From: Vicugna vicugna
Taxonomy: Eukaryota
Reading direction: 5' to 3'
NCBI GenBank assembly: GCA_013265495.1
Contig: MU058017.1
Location: forward strand, 443,919-507,918
DNA: 64,000 bases
Part shown: piece after piece, positions 1-12,264 of the stretch
Position numbering within the stretch: position 1 is the stretch's first letter
How the letters are laid out: every line of letters begins with the position of its first letter
The notes under the pieces: model-generated
Told to the model about the DNA's origin: nothing
The model's input: the letters and a program-made list of their open reading frames with translations, nothing else
Databases searched by the model: none
Translations under genes and position numbers: made by a program

Positions 1-225
1 TTTAGGGATTTGAAAATGAGCAACATAAAGCAGAATCAAAGTTCTTAACCATTACTGCCTCTCACTACAATCCTATTTGAAGTCACAATGCAAGCTATCA
101 AGACAGTATGAGGATATGAGGGAATACTGGACAGAAAGATCAGAAGTCTGCCCTCAAAGTATACACAAAGTGGTGGATTTGTGGACATGTTTTTGAAAAA
201 TACATACTTATGAACAAAATTATGT

Positions 226-373
226 GAAAGAGGAGTTACTCTTGTCTTTCTAAAGGTTTCTTTATGTTACGATAGAAATCTTTATAGCCGTGTTCCCCAG
301 TGAGTTAAAACTTACCTATTGTTTATAAAGCAAAGGTCTCATGCAAAAAAAACAAAAAAAAAAAAACAAAAAA
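226..373 (+). pseudogene. Putative short retrocopy of an mRNA 3' end
   Basis: TATAAA (324-329) lies 15 nt before a long A-tract starting at 345. Flanked by gaacaaaattatgt (212-225) and gaacaaaaaaaactatgt (374-391). Confidence 0.4.
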
Positions 374-2727
374 GAACAAAAAAAACTATGTAGTATGAAT
401 TTTAGAGATTTGTTTATACCCACTTGGATAAAAGTAGGCTGACGTTACCTTAAATATTTTCTGGAAAAAGAAGGGATGAAAACAAATAAATAAAATGGGG
501 ACCTAAATTAAAATCATAAAATAGTAAAAACTAAAGAGTTTTATAACTTTTTACACAATAATAATAATATGTTACCTTTGAAGGTTGACATTAAGAATTG
601 TGTATATAAGCTAATGACATACTAATTTTTTAAAGATGTCAAAATATAATATATAACTTATTTTCAATATCTTAATGTTTATGCTTACCTGGAATGAAGT
701 AATAGGAAAAACATTAACTGTAGCCAACTCTGGGTAGCAGAATTTTACATATTTCTATGTCCTTATTTATACTTTTTTGTAGTAATTCCACAATAAACAT
801 GTATTGTGTGTATTGCTTTAATAATAACTAAATAGAAAAGTTATTGTAATCAATCCCAAAATTGGTTGCAAATAAGAAAGGCAAAAATTATCTGAAAGAG
901 GGAGTGAAATGCAAACTTTTTTCTCAGTCGCAAAATTTAAAAATAATATATTTTATAGGTTCTTCTTTCCAGGCATTATTGCCCTTCCTTTGACTCACAA
1001 TAAAGCAACCTGTGAACTATTCAATTTCTCTAGACAATGAAGGTAAAAGCTAGATTAGGTTTTCTAGATTCTCTTGAAAGCAGTTTACCCTCAGCTGTGA
1101 ACATGAGTATAAAGATCAAGGCTGCAATATGAGCTCTTAAAGCCTAAAATTGTTATTGCAGCAATCAGAAAAGCAGAGCATCCTGGAAAGTGTGCCTCTT
1201 CACCTTAAAACAAACTGGCTGTCAATCATTTCTAATGGTGTCTGCTTAAAACTGGCCTTAGTCTTAGACCTTGAGATATGTAAAATGTCATGTGAGAATA
1301 TATTATAGAATCATATCTTTGGGCTGGACAGGGTCTTGGTGATCCTAAAAAGTGAAGTATAGAGCTGTTTTAGGCATCCCTTTTAAACATTCATGGCAAA
1401 ATATTAGGTCTGCTAACTCCTTTTATGACAACAACACTAAAATTTTACTACAAAGAAAACTCAGAAATGAATTCCTTGTGCCAGTTCATCATTAAATCAT
1501 AAGTCCACAGACTGTTAGAGCTAAAAGAAGCCTTCTAGATTAGCTCATCCAATACCAATATTTTGCAGATGAGAAAACTGAGGAACAGAAAAATCATTTT
1601 CTCAGGAAAATGTGAAATCACCGAAAAATACCCCAAAGAATCCAGGAATTTCTGGAAGCTTACCTAGGAAGAGCTAGGTATTTCAAATCCTACCAGAACT
1701 TGAATTTTTAGTTTGGTTGTGGGTACTCCTGTACAAGGGAGAAAATATACTGATACTGACTAATATTCATGTAATATATGAAAAGCACATTCACAGTGAA
1801 TGCCTGTAAAGTGAAAACCAGAAGCATAACAAAGCCAATGATTTCAGACCAGATCACTTATTTATTACTAAGCTCCCTTTCTTTGTGAGTCAAACATTTG
1901 AAAGGAGCTTTCTTTGCCACTTTTCAGGCACAAATCGTTTATTATCATGAGAAATTGGCTACTTCCACAGTTGCTGATAGACCAAAGAATAATGAGACAT
2001 TCATTCCTTGAGTTAAAAAGAAAGGCTGTCAAATTCCTCCTGATTTTATTCATTTATGAAAAAATATGCTTGTAATAAAATTGTATATATTAAAAATATA
2101 TTCTTCATCCCCTCAAAATACATACTGCACAATACGGAGATTGTCCTGGCACAAGTAAATATTAAAGTTCTTTTTCTAAGTTCAATGTCTGTGTCAGAAA
2201 TGAAAATAGTAACACTTGATTTTAAGAAAAATAGAACAGTGCATGCATGTCTATTGTCATCTGTAAAGTAGGAATAAGAGTAGACTCTCACAAAGCTGTT
2301 TAAAGATTAAATCCATTAATAGTAATTGTAAAATGCTTAGTACAGTGCTTGGCACATAGTTAACATTTGGTAAGTGTCAGATATGAGCAGTAGCAGTAAT
2401 ATTGTTATGTAAAACATGATAACTCCTCCACATACCCCTCCCCCTCAATCAAACCAAACTCTTGAGAGTCCCCTCCCTGTTTCACAGCCCCATGCTCATG
2501 CACATGCTGATCCCTCTTTCCAAATGTTCTTTCCCTTCTTCTTCTTCTTCGGGTGAACTCCTACCCATCAGCCAGGGTTCAGCTCTGAAGCTTCTCCTTC
2601 TTACCTGTCTTCCCTCATTCCTGTACTTGACTTAGTTGCAGTCACCCGTTTCCCAGGATGCCCCACAATGTGCCTCTTCTAGTGATTGAGACATAACTTT
2701 TTTTTATTTGATTTCTCCCTCACCTCT

Positions 2728-2770
2728 TACACACACACACATACACACATACACACACTCATGTACACAC
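2728..2770. repeat. Imperfect (CA)n microsatellite
   Basis: acacacacacacatacacacatacacacac directly visible. Confidence 0.9.
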
Positions 2771-3128
2771 TGAACTGAAAATGCATCACATTCAAGGCAT
2801 CACACACATATTTTTGTATCCCTATAGAAATATCTGTTGAAACAAATAAATAATTGACTTTTTTTTTCCTTCTTGAGTAGTTATCAGTGTAGACTGTGTA
2901 CCTAATGGCCTCAATTTTGAAAGGGAAAAAGGGTGACAAATAAAGTAGAAAAAGTTGGGGGATACCACTTGGCAGCCTTAGGATCTGGCTCTGCCAGAAG
3001 ACTAAATCAGTGAGTCATTGAACTCTCTGGACTCTCTCTTTCTTAGCAAAATGAGTGAGTTGGGCAAAATATTCTCTGGGGACCCACCCAATGCCACTAT
3101 TTATATGATGCTAAACATCGGTTCATCT

Positions 3129-3277
3129 CAGTGGTTCTCAAATTTTAGAATCATCAGGAGGGCTTGTTAAAATTCTCCTCATTCCTGGTCAGCAGGTCTG
3201 AGATGGGACCCAAGAATTTGCATTTTGACAAGTTCCCAGGTGATACTGAGGCTGGGGTACCACACTTTGAGAACCAA
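3129..3277. mobile_element. MER5A-like hAT-Charlie MITE
   Basis: Ends cagtggttctcaaa ... tttgagaacca (terminal inverted repeats); internal gggacccaagaatttgcattttgacaagttcccaggtgat is typical of MER5A. Confidence 0.8.
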
Positions 3278-3321
3278 AGTGATTAATCTTCTTAACATAG
3301 GATATTCTGACACTGTCCTGT

Positions 3322-3351
3322 TGCCACCTGGCAGAGCACTCCTGATGTGCA
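3322..3351 (-). promoter_or_regulatory. CTCF-like motif (core + upstream module)
   Basis: Minus strand TGCA-N13-CTGCCAGGTGGCA; two core mismatches. Confidence 0.45.
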
Positions 3352-3588
3352 AATCACAATGAGATGAAGGTAGGTAAGCCCAGGCTTCAGTGAAGCTGCC
3401 ATCAGGAAGACCGGGTGCTGTGGGTGAGTCCCAAGAGTGGCCACAGAAGGCAGACTTTGATGACCATAACAGTTCTGTTGGGGAAGGGACAGACTGAATT
3501 CACAATGTCGCAGGACACAGAAAACAAATTCCAGGATTTAACCCATCGGTTAAAACCTGTTGCTTCTGGAGTCACAATGGATCATAGT

Positions 3589-3619
3589 TGCCATCTAGTG
3601 ACACCTTTGAATTACTGCA
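3589..3619 (-). promoter_or_regulatory. CTCF motif (core + upstream module)
   Basis: Minus strand TGCAGTAATTCAAAGGTG-TCACTAGATGGCA; one core mismatch, TGCA 14 nt upstream. Confidence 0.6.
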
Positions 3620-3799
3620 TCTAGAGACTACAGGATGAAATGATGCTTTTGTTTGGAAACTACAATTTTTTTTCTTTCTTTCTTTCTTTTTTTTTTACAA
3701 AACTGTTCAAGATGAGAACTTCTGAGAACAAACTTTAATTTACTCTGGTCTTATCCACCCCTGTACCTAGGTACTGTAGAAATAAACAGGCATCTATCA

Positions 3800-4010
3800 C
3801 TTACTATTTGCTAGGCACTCTCCTAATACTGTATCTATGTTCTCTTATTCACAGCAACCCAATGAGATAGATACAATTATTATCCCCATTTTATAGACAG
3901 GTAATATAACTACAGATGGTCAAAGAAGTTTAAAAACTTGCCTGAGTTTGTCCAGCCAGTAAAGTGGTAGAGCCGGGATTGAACCTAGACAGCTTCTGGA
4001 GAGAGAGCAC
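3800..4010 (-). mobile_element. MIR SINE
   Basis: Reverse-complement MIR core (attatccccattttatagacag...cttgcctgag...gtggtagagccgggattgaacc). Confidence 0.75.
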
Positions 4011-4074
4011 TCTAGCCAGCCTCTCTCATATCAGCAGTTGAAATACATAGTTAGGGAAACAACTGTTACCTGTG

Positions 4075-4875
4075 CAGTAGTCCCACCTTTTCTATGGTTT
4101 TGCTTTCCATAGTTTTTGTAACTCACAGTCAACGTCATCCAAAAGCATCAGATGGAAAATTCCAAAAATAAACGATTCATTGGTTTTAAGTTGTGTGCTG
4201 TTCTGAGTAGCGTGATGAAATCCTGTACTCTCACTCTGACCCACCTGGGACATTAATCATCCCTTTGTCTCATCTGTTAGTCACTTAGTAACCCTCTTCG
4301 TTATCAGCTTGACTATCACGGCATCTCAGTGCTTGTTTGTGTTCAGGTCACCCTTATTTTACTTAACAGTGACCTCAAAGCCCCAGAGAAGCAATGCTGG
4401 TAATTCAGATATGCCAAAGAGAAGCCACTGAGTGCTTCCTTTTAGTGAAAAAGGGGAAGTTCTCCACTTAATAAGAAAAAATAAATAAATCATACGTTAA
4501 GGTGGCTAAGATCCGTGAAATTGTGAAAAAGGAAAAAGAAATCCATGCTAGTTTTGTCAGCACACCTCAAACTGCAAAAATTACTGCCAAGTGCTTAATT
4601 AAGATGAAAAAGTCATTAACTTTGTACAATAAGATATTTTGAGAGCATGAGAGACCACATTCACATAATTTTTATTACAGTGTATTGTTATAATTGTTCT
4701 ATTTTATTATTATTATTGTTAATCCCCTACTATGACTAATTTATAAATTAAACTTTATCGCAGGTATGTATGTATAGGAAAAAACATGGTTTATATAGGG
4801 TTTGGTACTATCCGAGGTTTCAGGCATGTGCTGGGGGTTTTGAAAAGTATTCCCCACAGATAAGGGGAACTATTA
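4075..4875 (+). mobile_element. Tigger7/MER44-type TcMar-Tigger non-autonomous DNA transposon
   Basis: Starts cagtagtcccacctt and ends ataaggggaactatta (TIRs). Internal gatatgccaaagagaagcc...gtgcttccttttagtgaaaa is a decayed transposase N-terminus as in MER44. Confidence 0.8.
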
Positions 4876-6467
4876 TGAACAGTTATCAGTTCCCAGACAG
4901 GAATCTGAAAAATGTTATAAAGTACATACTGAAGCAATGATTTCTTTCTGATTCTTCCAAATGAAATCAGCTCATGTGTAATAACTAAAGAAGTGTTTCT
5001 ACCTACACAAAGACACCATAATGCAACAAAAAGAACACCAGCTTGGAATCAACTTCCAGTTTGCCATGCAACTTTGAACAGGTTGCTTAACCCCTCTGAG
5101 CTCTACTTTCTTTACCTATAAAGTAGAAAAGATAAAAATGTAGTTTTTATGGTTTGAAGTTCTTTAAAACCAGATTAAATTTTTTAGTAACTGCTGAAGT
5201 TATCCGGTGAATGTGATCACAAGAGCAAACAGGGAAATTATGGACAGTAAGCCAATATTAGCTTTTCTCAAATTGTCCTGTACCTGGGAAAGGAGCCAGA
5301 ACAGCAGATTTGATCCCCTGATCTATTATGCAGAAGTGCTAGCAGTGATAATAACGCTCATGGTGTGTGCAGAGAAGTAAAGGGCTCAACCCAGGAGATC
5401 TGTGTTTCACTTCTCTTCCTGGTGCTGCACTTGGCCTGTGCACTTGAACTCTGCGCACTTGAACTCTGCACCCTTGTATATCCCTGCCTTCCAAGAGTCC
5501 TAACCAAGCAACTCCCGCAAATAAGTCAAATCTTTGCTGGTGGATTGAGATCCAACCCCCCCTCACTTCAGACTTCTTTTATTAGAGATTTCCTTGGACT
5601 AAAAAGCCTAGCTGTTGCTAGTCCTTTAACTCCTTATCTAAGACTTCTCGGTTACCAAACCATTTCTAACCTCAATAAATGAAACACTACAGGATGGCTA
5701 TCAGACCAAAGTACTAGTGGTTTCTTTGTACTTGTGTCTGTATAACATGATAAAATCTGCTGATATAAGGAGTCATGATAATGAAGGAAAATAAACATGT
5801 AGACGGAGCTAGAGGAATAAAGGGAAATGACTAAAATGTGGCAGAGCAAAACATCAGTATCTCACTTCAACAGATGTCTTGATGTCATTCCAAGTATTTG
5901 CATATTTTTGATCATCATAGTAAACCCAGAATTAGTCTAGAGAAGTTTTATTGTCAACCTCATTTGAGAAAGGAAAGAAATTGAAGCACAGAAATTTTAC
6001 ACAGCTTGGAAAAAAAGTAAATGGTCGAGGGTCCACATATCCTAATTTTTAGGCCTATGCTTACTCCACAATTATAGTTTATTTTAATAAAATCCTGACA
6101 TAAGATGACTGCCGTCTGATACTTGAGTTAGAAAGAAGTTCCTTGTACATATACAGTAGAAGTAAAAGATTAATTTTTTACTCCTGTGGCGAGAGCTCAG
6201 AATTTACGTGAACTGGGGTAGGCAGGCCCTGGATGGTTTTGAACAAGGGAGTGACATCTTTAAATCATCACTCTGGTTTCTCTGGGGAGATTTGACTGGA
6301 ACAAGAGTGGAGGCAGGGACTCCTGTTCAGGGGCTATGAAGTGGTCTAGACAAACCATGATGGTGCCTAAGTAACAGTGACCCAGGATAACTTTCTATGG
6401 AGAGATCCTGAAACTTGCTGGTGGATTGGATGTGTGGGGAAAAAGATATTAAAAATGTTTCCTCAGT

Positions 6468-6693
6468 GTCTGAAATAGTCAAGCTCATACAAGCAGAAAC
6501 AGAATGGTGGTTGAAAGGGGTTGGGGGAGGGGAAAACGGGGAGCTGCTGTTCAATAGGTATAAAGTGTCAGTTATGCAAGATGAGTAAGTTCTAGAGCTC
6601 TGCTGAAGGACGCTGTGCTTAACGTTAGCAATTCTGTACTATGCCTTCAAAAACTCGAGAGGGCAGGTCTTAGGTTATCTGTTTTTACCACGA

Positions 6694-6740
<47 letters not shown>

Positions 6741-6800
6741 GAAGAAAGGGAAAGGAAGGAAAGGAAAGGAAAAAGAAAAAAGAAAAGAAAAGAAAGAGTG
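6468..6800 (+). mobile_element. L1 3' end fragment whose A-tail has become a (GAAA)n/(GGAAA)n microsatellite (6692-6800)
   Basis: agcagaaacagaatggtggttg...ggtataaagtgtcagttatgcaagatgagtaagttctagagctctgct is L1M 3' UTR-like; the GAAA tandem array is directly visible. Confidence 0.8.
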
Positions 6801-7305
6801 GGGTAGGGAGAGTAGGAGGGAGGCAAGGAGGAAGGGAAAGAAAAAAAGTATTGTTGCTGCCCAAGTGAGACTGCATTAACTTTGAGAAACTATATTTTAG
6901 GGAACTAAGATTAGTTTTCAACATTATTTTTTGTGACCTATGCAATGTCATGTAACCATAACCTTCCTCAAAAATTAAATTTAAAATAATATGCATTCAT
7001 CAAAATAAATATTAAATTTTAAAAGGACTACATAAACTCTCAGAATTTTTGATGTAGGGGTTAAAGAAAAAAAAAAAAAGAACGCCTGCTAATTTTGAGC
7101 CTGAGCCCCTGGATAAATAGTAATATAATTTTTCAAAATTGTGAAGCCTGGGGTAGAATTAGTTTTCCAAAACTTATAATCCTCCAATTAGTTAATTTGC
7201 TTTCAGAATTAATTTTTCAAAGCGAAAGGAATTCTTAACTCAAGAGTCTTTAGGATATGTCATCACCTTTTTTAAGGTTGAGCCGTGTTTAGCAACAATG
7301 ATATT

Positions 7306-7319
7306 CTGCCACCGTGTGG
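7306..7319 (-). promoter_or_regulatory. CTCF-like core motif
   Basis: Minus strand CCACACGGTGGCAG with a retained CpG; no upstream module. Confidence 0.45.
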
Positions 7320-10300
7320 AATCCCACTCTGAGATAGAGTTCTGAACCAGTCAGCCTGATCCCGTGTGATATTTCTAAATGATCTTTTGTAAAAAAGTTT
7401 CAAAGACCCATGACTAGAGAATTACAAAATCTTGCCTTCTGTTGAGGACATGTTTATAAATCTGCATAATGGAAGCTTAGCTCTCCACTCTTTCAAGAAG
7501 TACAAGGTAAAAGTCTATGGCTCACTTCAAAGGAATGTTAAATATCAGCCTGAGATTTATACTCTTGGGAAAGAAATGTTACAGTGGAAACAGAGAAGAA
7601 ATGTGCTTGGTTTGTGAGTCAGTGGCTTTTTTGTGGGAACCAGAGTCTTGAACTTCCATGCAGCTGTGTTGTACTGAGCTTGGCCTGAAAGCTCTGGGGA
7701 CGGTGCCATCACAGCGCCCGTATATGATTGCTAAGAACACGAAGACACTTTGAGGGTGCAAAGACTTAGCCAAAATTACTATAAATCCGGATAGAGCCAA
7801 AACTAAGTAAACAGTAGGTTAAAAATGGATACAGGAATCATTTGTATGTAGAGGAAACTGAGGGGACCCCAAATTCCAGGGCAATGTGGTTCTTTTGTCA
7901 GGTCCTCACTTTAACAGAGAATGGCTCCTTTTCAACATTTTGGTTTGTCTGATGGATAGTAATAAGCGATGATATTTTTATAGATGAAGAAGATATGAAA
8001 TCCTAATGGCATGTAAACTCTATAAAGATTAGAGGAAGGTCTTTCCATGTTCTTTATTGTCCCCAGTCATTAGAGCCATACCTGGCACACAGCTAGCACT
8101 CAGCAAATCTTTGTTAAATGAATGAAGAAAGAAAAGCTGGAATAAATTGCCAAGATGAAGAAAAAAATAGAAAGTAGAAAGGAATCTTCTCTTTCTAATT
8201 GTTTTTCTATAAAGTGCCATATTGTAGGTAAAATCTAATAAAAATTACAACAGAAATTCTCCTCCCTGGGGAGCAGCTTTTGTCTATTGCACTCTTTTCC
8301 TGTTTTTCTCACAGTTGGGTTCTCACTGCCCTACATAGTTGGTTGATATTGGTTGACATTGACTGAACATTAACAGATCCTTACCTTGAGTTTCATCAGT
8401 TTTTATGTAGTTTCCACATATTTCATCCAATCTTCATAGTCTTTGTTGAGGGGACATCACCAATCTGGACAGTTAAACAAAAAAATTGAATAATTGACAG
8501 GCTGGCAACCACAAAAGTTGGTTTCTTTTGTCCACCCACTCAATTCTAAGATTCTAAGATCCGAGCCTATGATTCCCATTTGCCTTAAATTTACATCAAT
8601 TCATGTACCCTTACCAATTCGACCTCACTCTCAAGGGCAGTCTTTTTTCCATTGCCACTCTTCTATCTGGCCATAGCTATTGAGTAGCTATGGATTGGAA
8701 CTAGTAAAGAGAGAAAAATAAGACACAAAAAAGGAAATCTCCTTTTAGGAAAGTATTTAATGAGAAAACAGAAGCCTCCACTTCTACAGCAAAGGCTTGC
8801 CTGGAATCCAGTCCGGATTTTGGAGGCTGTTATTACTCAGCCTCAAGTGGATCAGCGTGAATCTGTTCTCATTTCCAATGTTCTTTGAGATCCTTGAATC
8901 TAAGACCTTCTAGAAATGCTCATAATTCATTCTAAAGTGAGAAAATGAATAGGATGCATTCTAGTAGAAAGCCAAGGAGAGAGAAAATAAATCTTTCCCT
9001 CTCCCTTTTTGGTGGCATTACACTTTAAAAATAGGTATGGGGAGGAGCCCAAGGGAGGAATTTCAGTTAGGCTAATCTACTTACAAGTAGAATTTCTTCC
9101 AGGATACAAGAGCTTTTGGCAAACATTTGTTGGCACATTCTTCCTAAAAGGTAAAAGGCTTTTTTTCTCTTTGGCAGGTTTTATATGACATTTAAGAGTG
9201 TCAGGCAAACCTTACAAACCATAGCCAAAAGCAGGTTAATCAAAAACACACATCCCCAGCCAGTGCATGATCAACAAAAAAATTAGGCCTAAGGATTACA
9301 GGATGTTAATTGTGAAATATAATTCCATGATATTTATGGCTCCATAAACTGGGCAGTGCTACTCTTGAGCACTAGGAAGTACTCCCTACATTGGGGCAAT
9401 TGATTATATTTGATGCTAAAACATGTACCGTATTGAAGAGAACCATGGGTTTGTCACAATCTCTCCAGTAGGATCATGATTCTCAAACTTCACTAGGTCT
9501 GACAATCAACTGGAACAAGCTTATAGAAAATGCAGATTTCTGGTCTCCTTCCCAAGTCTATCTGGTCAGACTCCGTCGGGGAGGAGATTGAGAACAAGGA
9601 AAGCCAATGAGTAAGATGCAGATGGTCTGTACACCACCCATGGAGAATCAGTGCCCTGGAGCCTGGAGTGAGTGCCCTAAAGTCAGGACTCTCTCCATCT
9701 CTAAATCTCTGCACCTAGCATGGAGACTGGGACCTGGCAGATACTCCACAAATATATAATGAATGAAAATCAGTTAACATTTATGGATTCCAGGCACTGT
9801 TCTAAGCACTCTGAATATTAACTCATTTAATCCTCACAATAAAGGACTGTTATTACCCTTGATACTTGCTGGGTGCTCTGCACACACACTGTCTAAAGTG
9901 TCACCATGTTGGTTCCTTTGTTACATTCAACGGCCACATCCTTAGGAAGAAACCTCCCATACTTCTTATCTGAAGTAGCATCAATCTTACTCCCATCCCA
10001 TCACAAGATCATTTTCCTTTTCTTTATAGCAATTGCCTCTGTCTAAAATTATCTGATTTGGGTTTTTTGTCTGACTCTGACTCCCTTTACTAAAATATAA
10101 GCTCCATGAGAATAGAAATCTTGCAGCTCTTATTTGTCACTGTATCTCTAATGCCTAACTCACAGGAGACACCAAGGAAATATTTATTAAATGAATGTAT
10201 GTTAAAAATGCATAGTAAGTGCAAAGTTAAGGAGTTATGATTTCTTAGTTCTCTCAGAGCTTCCAAAATTTATTATAAGTGTGAAAAGTGAAAGAAAGAC

Positions 10301-12165
10301 TTCTAACCCTCAAAATGATTTCCTGGTCTACCTTGTCCCAAGTCATAGATTGGACATGAGAAAAAGGGAACACTAAGTAAGGGTTAAAATGGAATGTCTG
10401 AGTTGATTTTTCACTCTACAGTGTCAATATTTTGTTTGAAAGGGATTCTTAGGACATCAGACACACCCACATTTAAACATAAGTAAAAAACACATTCCAA
10501 GATTAAATGTACGTGATTTTTAGATTAACCAATGTTTTTATTAGCCACACAATGAATGCTTTACTAGTTCAAAAGGCTGTATCTACATGACACCAAAAGA
10601 ACTAGTTAAATTAATGAAACTCAAGCCAATTACTTCAACAGCAAAAAGAAGAAAAAGAAAAGAAAAAAAAGAAAGAAAGAAAGGAAATGGACAGACCAAT
10701 TCACTCCAAACGGCAAATGTGTTAGAAATATTGACCATTTTACTCTGTGCCAACAAAATCAAAATCTGGAACTAATGATAGACTCATGAGAGAGAAAGAA
10801 ACTCATTTTAAATGTGTTTCTCATACAGTATGGCTCAAAACATGGGTTCTTTGAAAAGGGCCACTCGCTTGTTGACGTCATGCTAGCCAGTCCCCTGCAG
10901 GATACCAACCGTGCACAGTCAAATTGACCTCCTCCTCTTCATTTATGGTTATGGGTCTCAGGCAAACAAGAGCTGGTGCCAAGGGATGGCCACTGAATGA
11001 AGTCTTTTATTCCAAGTAATTTTTACCATGTCCACTAAAATGCCAGACAGTGAGCATCGTCAGTAATGTTTTGGATAGAACGTACTCAAAATCAACTAGA
11101 AACTTAAAAAAAAATTTTAAAAAGCTTTCCTTGTTTTATTTTGAGGATATCTTTTCACTATGATCATGCAGGGAGTTAGCCACACCAGGGTTGGCTTCAT
11201 TGGCCATCTCAGAGAATGTGGATAGATAATGAGAAAATCTTTCCATTTTTGAGAAATTGCTGATCCCCAATCACATTCATTTCCGCCAGTCATTGAGGCT
11301 TAGTATAAAACTTGGAAGTATCAAGGTAGATGTGGGAAGGAGGGGAGGAGAACATGCAACCAATAGTGAGCTTTATTCTTACTATAGGAAGGCCATTTGC
11401 AAAGACCACCATCTAGGAAGAATTTTGTTGCCCCCTCACCACCCCCATTGAGAAAGATTTAATCAGAATATTTTTTAAAAATAGAGAGGAATTTGTTTTC
11501 ATTTTTAAATTTTTCAAATGCAAAAATTTTTCAAATTTTTCAAATTGGTCAAGAAGAAAAATAATTTCTATGTTCACTACCCAGGTCTTGAAAACCATTT
11601 GAGTTAACTCAAAGCCAGGTTTAGCACGTTTTGTTTCCATTTTATGAGCAAAACATGATTTGGATTATAAATTTCTCTGAGGTTCATGCATGGAGCTGAG
11701 AGACTCTGTCATTTCCTTATCAGAAGCAACAGGAGAAATTCCAAATATGAAGAATCACAGAGATTTATTGCCTCAGTTCCCAGCCTGACACTTGGCTCAG
11801 CACAGAGAGTAAGCGGCCAAAAAGAAGTCCTTTACTAAGGTATGAAAGGAACTGGCTGCTTGTGAAATCCAGACTTGGGAATGACACAAACAGGGGTTTG
11901 GGCTTTGACACGGCCAGCAAAACCCAGTCTGTTTGAAGTCGGATCAATTGATTTCTTGAACATTTCAAATAAGCAAAATTCTGCAGGAAATGGGAGCCAG
12001 ATGCATTTTTAAATCAGGAGTTCCTTGGAAGACAGGCAGAAAATAATCAAACAACATCCTCTAGTTTCATTTTGGCCTTCCTCCTAGACCTACTCTCAGG
12101 AACTATACCTCTGACATGTATATAGACACAGTGATCAAACAAACTCAAGGAGGGGTACAGGTAGA

Positions 12166-12264
12166 AATTTATTTAAATAATAATTTTAATTTATTTAAAT
12201 AAAAATTCAATTTATTTAAATAATAATTTTAAATTTATTTACCTAACAATTTTATTTTAAATAC
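12166..12264. repeat. AT-rich minisatellite, about 22-bp unit aatttatttaaataataatttt, 3 full + 2 degenerate copies
   Basis: Units start at 12166, 12188, 12209 and 12232; each full unit contains the palindrome ttatttaaataa. Confidence 0.85.

Noticed and set aside
3301..3379. Possible small exon (cttaacatag ... AG|gtaagc)
   Set aside because: Weak pyrimidine tract abutting a MER5A end; such site pairs are common by chance.
5440..5469. 15-bp tandem duplication gcacttgaactctgc x2; also considered CRISPR-like arrays anywhere in the window
   Set aside because: Ordinary slippage duplication; no repeat-spacer array or prokaryotic features exist in this mammalian sequence.
6615..6996. K/E/R-rich and F/L/S-rich ORFs
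   Set aside because: Translations of the (GAAA)n microsatellite.
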